The notes under the pieces are model-generated. The model saw only the letters and a program-made list of their open reading frames with translations. It searched no databases and was not told where the DNA came from. The position numbers were made by a program, and so were the translations under genes. This document shows, one piece after another, positions 52,092 to 59,205 of a stretch of 60,940 bases of DNA (its first letter is position 1; every line of letters starts with the position of its first letter). The stretch lies in the NCBI GenBank assembly GCA_027002475.1, contig JALWZS010000023.1, positions 1 through 60,940 on the forward strand, read 5' to 3'. Source of the DNA: a bacterium (GTDB lineage Bacteria > Patescibacteriota > 4484-211 > GCA-002791395).

Positions 52092-52250
52092 CTCTACGAA
52101 GCTTTAGCGAAGTAGAGTGTGCACCGTAGCTTCAGCGAAGGTGTACTGTTTGTAATCCATATGTACAAATATGAATAGAAACGTGAAGTAAGAAGCACAG
52201 TTTCAGCAAAAGTGTAGTGCTTGAAGCTAAAACAATACACATTTTAATTC

Positions 52251-52327
52251 GGGTTCGTAGCTCAGTTGGCTAGAGCATCGCGTTTACACCGCGGAGGTCG
52301 TAGGTTCAAGTCCTACCGGACCCACCA
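52251..52327 (+). tRNA. tRNA-Val (anticodon TAC), CCA encoded
   Basis: Manual cloverleaf: acceptor GGGTTCG/CGGACCC, D-arm GCTC-agttggcta-GAGC, anticodon loop ttTACac, T-arm GTAGG-ttcaagt-CCTAC. Confidence 0.9.
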
Positions 52328-52629
52328 ACAATACTCAGTTCAAAGCATTTCGCCAGCTATCACGTTATACTCCCTTAAAGTTTGAAGAACTGGAAGTTCT
52401 TCTGTAAGGTTAACGCAGTTAACCGTCGTCCTACCGAACCCACCATTCATTCTCAAATTACAAACAACAAACACTTCAAGCGCATGCTGCATTAGTACAA
52501 ACCACTCCTCTACGCTAAAGCTTCGGAGGATTTTAGCTACAAGTAGCGAACGTCCGAACTCAATGAAATGTAGCGAAAAATGTTAAAGCCCTGCGCCTAA
52601 CGACCGTTGGATAAAAATCACACGAACTT

Positions 52630-52658
52630 TTGACATATTTCCCTTTGGCACATATTAT
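52630..52658 (+). promoter_or_regulatory. near-consensus promoter TTGACA, 17 nt, TATTAT, 10 nt upstream of ATG 52669
   Basis: TTGACA at 52630-52635 and TATTAT at 52653-52658. This argues that the track's TTG start at 52630 is not used. Confidence 0.6.
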
Positions 52659-52668
52659 AGATTTAAGG

Positions 52669-53475
52669 ATGAATACTCCATTAGATAGATACCTTCTATA
52701 TATACTTTTTCAGTTTGAGAACTTCTCTGGCATCAGTGGCTTTATATACACACCATATGAAACTTTATACAAAATAACATCACCCAGCGCATTCCATGCA
52801 AGTTCAGTACGTCATTCAGTTAATAATCTTGAAAGAGCTAAATTTTTAGAAAAGATTACAAAGGATCAGATCTCTTTATTCACCTTAACAAAAGAGGGAA
52901 AAGAGTATGCTAGAAAGCTCTTCCACACATTCTTGGATGAAACCACTAAAACAACGGCTAACATTCCATTTTGGTGGGGCGTCATTTTTGACATTCCAGA
53001 AAGCAAAAGAAATATTCGCGATTCTCTTCGTACGTCTTTAATTGACTTAGGCTTTGTAGCTTGGCAAAAGTCCGTTTATGTCTATCCTGGAGGCACAAGT
53101 AAAGATGAGTTAGTACACAACACCGTGCAGCAAGACAAATGGGCAAAGTACGTATCACTCTTCTCGATAGAAAGGGTTCATCATGGCACCGATTTACTGG
53201 AGTTTGCGAAAAAGCAGTGGGAGATCGACAAAATTTATGTAAAAGCGCTTGATCTTGTAAACAAAGCCAATTACGTCAGTGAACAAAGTAGTAAAAAAGC
53301 GTTAAACAAACATCAAATTGCATCACTAAAAAAAGACGGTCAAGCAGTAGCAAAAGAATTATTTAACACCATCGAGCAAATAACCTCTCTACCGGTAGGA
53401 ATATTCCCAACCGCACCACACGAAAAAATAGCTAAATCCTTTTACAAACTTACTACATCACTTACTAAGCTGTAA
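52669..53475 (+). CDS. PaaX-like regulator (winged-helix N-terminus plus a Cas2-like ferredoxin-fold middle domain)
   Basis: WWGVIFDIPESKRNIRDSLRTSLIDLGFVAWQKSVYVYPG matches the PaaX-family core as I remember it. The assignment is tentative. Confidence 0.5.
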   Translation: MNTPLDRYLLYILFQFENFSGISGFIYTPYETLYKITSPSAFHASSVRHSVNNLERAKFLEKITKDQISLFTLTKEGKEYARKLFHTFLDETTKTTANIPFWWGVIFDIPESKRNIRDSLRTSLIDLGFVAWQKSVYVYPGGTSKDELVHNTVQQDKWAKYVSLFSIERVHHGTDLLEFAKKQWEIDKIYVKALDLVNKANYVSEQSSKKALNKHQIASLKKDGQAVAKELFNTIEQITSLPVGIFPTAPHEKIAKSFYKLTTSLTKL

Positions 53476-54894
53476 GATTTCATAACTCCCATCAGGTTTA
53501 TCGTGCACTTCAAATCCTAAGTCTTCAATCTTTTTACGCAACTCATCAGATTTGTCGTACTCTCCTGCCTTCCGATACTCCTTACGTTCTTCTGCAATAT
53601 CTATCACCCCTTGAGGCACTTCAACCGTTAGTAGTTCTTTATCTAAAAGACGCAACCCAAAAACACTATCGATTAAATCAATTAAGTAACGTTTCTCCTC
53701 TTTATTAATTTCACTGTCTTTTACTACAGTCCATAAAACTGCCAAGGCTTGGGGCACATTCAAATCATCTTCTAGTGCATTCATAAACTTTTTTTCGTAC
53801 TCTTTAGCTGCAGCAGAAAGATCTTGCTTATTTGAAGGTTTTACATCTACTAGCCCCCTTAACTTATTTCTAAGTTTCATATTTGACGATTTGGCAGCAG
53901 AAAGTGCATCCCAAGTAAAGTTTAACTGCTTACGATAGTGTCCAGTTAAATAAAACATTTTAAGATCAAGCGGTGAGTAGCCTCGTTCCTTTAGGTCATG
54001 CAAGTTATACGCATTACCTAAGCTCTTACCCATTCGCCCACCATCAACCAACAAAAATGCGCCGTGTATCCAATACTTTACAAATGGCTCTTTGCCAGTT
54101 GCAGCTTCAGACTGAGCAATCTCGTTAGGATGATGTGTGCTCTTTAAATCTTCACCACCAATGTGAATATCCAGTTGGTCACCTAAATTAGTAAGACACA
54201 TTGCCGAACACTCTATATGCCAACCAGGAAATCCCCTACCCCAAGGCGAGTCCCATTCCATCTCCCTTAGCTTTCCTTCTTTATTAAACTTCCACAGAGC
54301 AAAATCCCTAGGATCCCGCCGACCTTCGACTTTCTCCACCCGAGCACCCTCTAATACTTGATCCAAATCAGACAACTCTCCATATTTTTTACCCGTAGCT
54401 TCATAAGCTTTTACGTCAAAGTAAATGCCATCCCCTTCAATCTTGTAGGTTAATCCTTTTTCCTCAATCTTTTTAACTAGTTCGATTTGCTCATCAATAT
54501 AATTTGTAGCAACACAAAACTCCTTTGGTCGTGTCATGTTCAGCTCATCATAACCTTGCAAGAAATCATCGGTATAAAACTTTGCGATGTCCCAAGCGTT
54601 TTTCCCCTCTCGTTTCGTAGCCTTAAGCATTCTGTCCTCACCAATACTAGAATCCCCTAAGTTATCACCGGTAAGATGCCCAACGTCTGTTATGTTCATG
54701 AAGAACTTAGGTTTGTACCCCAGTAACTTAAGGGTCCGAACCACAATGTCTGTTAGCACATACGTGCGCCAATTGCCAATACTGACATAATGATAAACTG
54801 TTGGCCCACAAGAATAAATCTTAACTTCTGGCGGATTTAATGGTACAAACTCTTCCTTTTGCCGTGTCAAGGAATTGTATAGCCTTAGCATCAT
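53458..54894 (-). CDS. cysS: cysteine--tRNA ligase
   Basis: CGPTVY...IGNWR, WHIECSAM, THHPNE and RMGKSLGN give the class I CysS layout with the Zn ligands present. Confidence 0.9.
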   Translation of the reverse strand: MMLRLYNSLTRQKEEFVPLNPPEVKIYSCGPTVYHYVSIGNWRTYVLTDIVVRTLKLLGYKPKFFMNITDVGHLTGDNLGDSSIGEDRMLKATKREGKNAWDIAKFYTDDFLQGYDELNMTRPKEFCVATNYIDEQIELVKKIEEKGLTYKIEGDGIYFDVKAYEATGKKYGELSDLDQVLEGARVEKVEGRRDPRDFALWKFNKEGKLREMEWDSPWGRGFPGWHIECSAMCLTNLGDQLDIHIGGEDLKSTHHPNEIAQSEAATGKEPFVKYWIHGAFLLVDGGRMGKSLGNAYNLHDLKERGYSPLDLKMFYLTGHYRKQLNFTWDALSAAKSSNMKLRNKLRGLVDVKPSNKQDLSAAAKEYEKKFMNALEDDLNVPQALAVLWTVVKDSEINKEEKRYLIDLIDSVFGLRLLDKELLTVEVPQGVIDIAEERKEYRKAGEYDKSDELRKKIEDLGFEVHDKPDGSYEILQLSK

Positions 54895-54910
54895 TTATGA
54901 ATATACCACA

Positions 54911-55537
54911 TTAATATTTGGTTCTGCCTTCCAAAGAACGCATTAAGGTAATTGGATCAGCGTAATCGACGTCCCCCCCCACAGGAAGTCCTCTTGCAAT
55001 TCGTGTAATATTTAACTCTTCGCCAAACTCCTTTCGTAAAATTTTACGGATTATAACGGCGGTCATTTCACCTTCTGTTGATGGATTGGTTGCAATAATC
55101 ACTTCTAAATCTCCACTAGAATCATTTAATCGAGCTTTTTTGATACGCTCAACTAATTCGTTTATTCGTATCTCATCTGTCCCAATTCCTGCGATTGGAT
55201 CTATAACCCCACCTAACACATGATAAACTCCCTTAAACCTCATTGTCTTTTCTAAAGCTGTTACATCTAGTGGTTCTTCTACAACCATAATCTGCAAGTG
55301 AGTACGGCTAGTATCTGAACAAATCGGACAAAGTTCCGTATCAGCAAAGTTGTAACACTCACGACAAGTCTTTACCTCTTCTTTTATTGCAATAAGCGCA
55401 TCGGCCAACTGCAAAACGTCCTCTTTTTGCATTCGTAGCAAGTGATATGTAAGACGCTCTGCTGATCTAGGACCAATTCCGGGTAAACGTTTCAATAGGT
55501 CAATTAAGCGAGTAATAGATTTCGGAACTGCTGCCAT
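54911..55537 (-). CDS. recR: recombination protein RecR
   Basis: HhH motif LPGIGPRSAERL, zinc finger CRECYNFADTELCPIC and a Toprim region. Confidence 0.95.
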   Translation of the reverse strand: MAAVPKSITRLIDLLKRLPGIGPRSAERLTYHLLRMQKEDVLQLADALIAIKEEVKTCRECYNFADTELCPICSDTSRTHLQIMVVEEPLDVTALEKTMRFKGVYHVLGGVIDPIAGIGTDEIRINELVERIKKARLNDSSGDLEVIIATNPSTEGEMTAVIIRKILRKEFGEELNITRIARGLPVGGDVDYADPITLMRSLEGRTKY

Positions 55538-55546
55538 ACTACAAGA

Positions 55547-55819
55547 CTACATTCCTGGAATGTTTAGACCAAGATCACCAAGTTGCCCACGCATTTTCTT
55601 GGCGGCCAACTTTTGTGCTTCTTTAATAGCTTTATTTACTGCTGCCTTTATATCCTCTTCGGACCGACCAGCAGTGTCTAAAGATTTGATTTCAAGACCT
55701 GCTGAAATTGTGACTGTTACGCCTTTATAGTTGACTTCCAAAACTTCGGCATCTAGCTCTTGCTCAAGCTGCTTGGCTTTTTTTCTTAGGTCGTTTATTT
55801 GCTTTACTTTATCAAACAT
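55547..55819 (-). CDS. ybaB: YbaB/EbfC-family nucleoid-associated protein
   Basis: A 90-aa protein sitting between dnaX and recR in the canonical order. Confidence 0.85.
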   Translation of the reverse strand: MFDKVKQINDLRKKAKQLEQELDAEVLEVNYKGVTVTISAGLEIKSLDTAGRSEEDIKAAVNKAIKEAQKLAAKKMRGQLGDLGLNIPGM

Positions 55820-55860
55820 AACTTACTCCGGTAGTCATTATAGCACGCGCTTTTTTCAAA

Positions 55861-57402
55861 TTATTCGATTAGCTGTCCCCCAAAAACGTCTTGAGCTAGT
55901 TTTAATAGATCCTCCCCCTGAGATCGATTATTAGCTTTCGAGTGCTTGATTTCATCTTTTTTCTCTTTTGAAACCTTAACAGATTTAGAATCTTCCCATA
56001 GTTTCCCCTTCTTTTTTCCGTTTTCATCTAAAATACACCTAACGACCACTTTTCTATTAAGCATTTGTGATAAAGCCTCTTCAACAACTGCCAAGTTTTC
56101 CGCCTGTTCAATCTTTTCCTTATGGAACGTGTATGTAAAGAGCAAAACATATCTACCTTTATTATCAAAACCTTGAGGTCGCCCGCCTTTTAGCAAAGCT
56201 TCAACAGAACTTTTCTTCTCTTTAACTAAAGCCATTAATTTTACCCAATCAACTTCGTCGAACTGATTAGAAGGATTCAGTTTAACACTCTCTAGACTTT
56301 CTGTAACCTCGTCAGTGATGGGAACATCACTTCCATTAGATTCGAGCACTTCATCGTCATTCGTTTCTTGCTCGCTGTTCGTAGTATCAATAGCGTCTAC
56401 AGTGGATACCTTAACTTCCGATGTTCGCTCATCTGTACTTGATTGAGAGTATGCATACTTCATTACCTCACTTAACAATGCATGCTTAGGATCTTGTAAA
56501 TACTGCATTTTACGCTTAGCCGACAACAAAACATCAAGCAGTCTGACCAAGCCGATAGGCTCAGCCAAATCACCCGACTCCCCACCAATACGGCTTACCA
56601 CACGCTCAATAAGTTTATCCAAAATATAAGTATGTGCCCCCTTGCTAGTACCCACCGCTTGCAGGGCACCCAGAAAGCCCTGCACGTCTTTTCGTTCAAT
56701 TAATGTTAACAGCTCGTCAATTTGCGCGTCTTGCACCAAACCCAACCCCCGCTCCAGCATTATGGGGCTAATCTTGTCACCGCCCGCCAATCCGATAGCT
56801 TGCTCCACCAAGACAATGGCGTCGCGATATGACCCTCTTGCTAATCTAGCCAATATTTGAACGGATTTGTCATCTATTTTCGCCCCCTCACTTTTTACAA
56901 GAGACGAAATGAACTCACCAAGCTCTTCTTCACTCGCTAAACGAAATGAGAACCTATGACATCTAGACATAACTGTAATTGGAATTTTATGCGGTTCGGT
57001 TGTACACAAAACGAAATGAACGTAATTAGGCGGTTCCTCAAGAGTCTTCAACAACGCGTTGAACGCCTCAGTCGTTAACATATGAGCCTCGTCCAGAATG
57101 TACATTTTTCTCTCGCTTTGCACAGGGCGAAAATCCACAGACTCTCTTATCTCGCGCATCTTATCTATTCCCCTAAAGCTTGCAGCGTCGATTTCAATAA
57201 GGTCAGGTCCGGATACACCAAGGCTATTTGCTAAAATCCTTGCCATACTTGTTTTTCCAGTGCCTCGCGGACCAGCAAACAAATACGCATGCGCTACCTC
57301 TTCTTTCTTTAGCGCATTTTGCAAGACCGTTACAACATGGTCTTGCCCCCTAATTTCTTCAAATTTTTGAGGTCTATATTTTCTGTACAGTACAGTAGCC
57401 AT
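55861..57402 (-). CDS. dnaX: DNA polymerase III subunit gamma/tau
   Basis: YRPQKFEEIRGQDHV, Walker A GPRGTGKTS, ILDEAHMLT and SRC-like MSRCHRF. Confidence 0.95.
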   Translation of the reverse strand: MATVLYRKYRPQKFEEIRGQDHVVTVLQNALKKEEVAHAYLFAGPRGTGKTSMARILANSLGVSGPDLIEIDAASFRGIDKMREIRESVDFRPVQSERKMYILDEAHMLTTEAFNALLKTLEEPPNYVHFVLCTTEPHKIPITVMSRCHRFSFRLASEEELGEFISSLVKSEGAKIDDKSVQILARLARGSYRDAIVLVEQAIGLAGGDKISPIMLERGLGLVQDAQIDELLTLIERKDVQGFLGALQAVGTSKGAHTYILDKLIERVVSRIGGESGDLAEPIGLVRLLDVLLSAKRKMQYLQDPKHALLSEVMKYAYSQSSTDERTSEVKVSTVDAIDTTNSEQETNDDEVLESNGSDVPITDEVTESLESVKLNPSNQFDEVDWVKLMALVKEKKSSVEALLKGGRPQGFDNKGRYVLLFTYTFHKEKIEQAENLAVVEEALSQMLNRKVVVRCILDENGKKKGKLWEDSKSVKVSKEKKDEIKHSKANNRSQGEDLLKLAQDVFGGQLIE

Positions 57403-57410
57403 TACCGTTA

Positions 57411-57890
57411 TTACTCTCCAACTTCACTTGTAATTACATCACGAATAATTCGTTCTTTTATTTTTGGAACAAGAAACTCTATCTCCTCGATCTCCTTTTT
57501 TGATAGTTTAGACAACACATAGTCTGAGCCGCTCGTACCCTCAGGTACAGAGCCAATGCCAACTCGAACCCTCCAAAACTTATTAGTCCCTAATGCATTC
57601 ATCACACTAAGAACCCCTTTATGCGAGTCAGCCCCTCGACCAAATTGAACCCTAAAGTCACCAATCTCAAATGCCAAATCATCATGCACCAATATCAAAT
57701 CCGAAGCAGACAAGTTATTTGCGCTAAGAGACTTTTTAACAAACGAACCTGAGTTATTCATGTACTCAGTGCTTTGTAAAAGCTTGGCACCGTCAAGTTT
57801 ACCAATCAAACCAACAACCATCTTACCGACATTATGTCGAGTCAAGTCGTATTCTTCGCCAGGATTCCCAAGTCCAACAATTAATTTCAC
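57411..57890 (-). CDS. pth: peptidyl-tRNA hydrolase
   Basis: MKLIVGLGNPGEEYDLTRHNVG...VHDDL...G..SHKG. Confidence 0.9.
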   Translation of the reverse strand: MKLIVGLGNPGEEYDLTRHNVGKMVVGLIGKLDGAKLLQSTEYMNNSGSFVKKSLSANNLSASDLILVHDDLAFEIGDFRVQFGRGADSHKGVLSVMNALGTNKFWRVRVGIGSVPEGTSGSDYVLSKLSKKEIEEIEFLVPKIKERIIRDVITSEVGE

Positions 57891-57917
57891 AAGGCTATAT
57901 TACTACACAAACAAAAG

Positions 57918-58277
57918 TTAAGAGAGTATGTATGGCAAGAAAATCACCAGCCCTATTGCTACAGAGCCAAGAGATAACAAAAAGACGGCACCAGCCGCAA
58001 CATCCTTAGCAATCTTTACGTCAACATGGTGTTCCTTTGCTAAGTAATCTAAGGCTGTTTCAACCGCAGTATTAAGTAGCTCAGCAACAAGGACCGAGAA
58101 GATTAATAGTATTAAAATAAGCCATTCCCCTCTACTAACCTTAAAAAACAAACCTGCAATCATCACCATGACCGCTGCAATAACCTCTATCTTAAAACTG
58201 CTATGTTCCTTGAATGCATAAATTAACCCTTCTATTGCATATTGAAACGATTTTAGGTAAGCCAAAACACTATTCAT
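57918..58277 (-). CDS. dgkA: diacylglycerol/undecaprenol kinase (DgkA family)
   Basis: 119 aa with 3 TM helices and the motif ELLNTAVETALD. Confidence 0.8.
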   Translation of the reverse strand: MNSVLAYLKSFQYAIEGLIYAFKEHSSFKIEVIAAVMVMIAGLFFKVSRGEWLILILLIFSVLVAELLNTAVETALDYLAKEHHVDVKIAKDVAAGAVFLLSLGSVAIGLVIFLPYILS

Positions 58278-58665
58278 CTAAATCTGGCTCCTTTCTTTTC
58301 ACCTGCAATGCAAGCTTGTCGTTTTCACCCAGCTCGTAGTCAGAGACAATTTCATCTTCTATGGCTTTCATAACCGACCTCGCGTCGTCGGTATCATCTG
58401 TGTATCCAAGTAAATGCAAAGTTCCATGGGCAACTACTCTCGCTAACTCCAGTTCATAGCTTGTGTTAAATCTTTTAGCATTTCGTTTAACTTCGTCCAC
58501 ATTAACCACAAGCTGCCCCAATAACCCCTTGTCTTTATCTACTGGGTAAGAAATCACATCGGTAGTGTTGTCTTTAGCGAAAGTCGCCTCGTTTAGGCTT
58601 TTCATACGTTCATCATCTACTAAGAGTATATCTACCAACTGGTTCTGCCCCAGATTAGTCATCAT
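58270..58665 (-). CDS. ybeY: rRNA maturation RNase YbeY
   Basis: HGTLHLLGYTD metal-binding motif. Confidence 0.9.
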   Translation of the reverse strand: MMTNLGQNQLVDILLVDDERMKSLNEATFAKDNTTDVISYPVDKDKGLLGQLVVNVDEVKRNAKRFNTSYELELARVVAHGTLHLLGYTDDTDDARSVMKAIEDEIVSDYELGENDKLALQVKRKEPDLDE

Positions 58666-59011
58666 AATGCCGTTTTTGAGACATCCTTAGCTTTTCTTCG
58701 CGCTGTCGTTTCTTGCTAGGCTTTTCGTAAAACTGCAAGTCGCGCAAGCGGTTGATTAGATCAGACTTTGTTACTGCATAATTAAAGCGCCTTAGCATTT
58801 GCTCAACAGACTCTCCTTTTCTTGCAGAAACATGAATATGAACAGGGCGACGCCCCTTGCTGACTGTATCGTCTGTATCAACTAGATCTGTCTCTTCGGT
58901 CTTATAAACCGGAAGGCTTGCATCGATAGCATCGGTGCTGCTAATCGAATCGTCAGTAGACGTATCGGTTGCGTTGTTTTGATCTTGTTTTTTTCTTGGC
59001 ACATAAAACAC
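58655..59011 (-). CDS. rpsU: 30S ribosomal protein S21 with a ~55-aa acidic Ser/Thr/Asp-rich N-terminal extension
   Basis: The C-terminal 60 aa (VHIHVSARKGESVEQMLRRFNYAVTKSDLINRLRDLQFYEKPSKKRQREEK) is the S21 core. I saw no alternative start codon between 59011 and the core. Confidence 0.8.
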   Translation of the reverse strand: MFYVPRKKQDQNNATDTSTDDSISSTDAIDASLPVYKTEETDLVDTDDTVSKGRRPVHIHVSARKGESVEQMLRRFNYAVTKSDLINRLRDLQFYEKPSKKRQREEKLRMSQKRHYDD

Positions 59012-59205
59012 CCCCTAGTCATAGCCTTAAGCATAATCGGAAATCAATTACACCTATACTTTTGTAGATTATAACGCCATCACTGGGTTTCTACAAGGTC
59101 GATTTGCCGCTTTATTTAAGTAATAATCCATCGGGCAAAAATCGCCACTGATATTATAGGAATTACAGACTTTTTGACACTCTGTGTAGAATTAAGAATT
59201 AGGTC

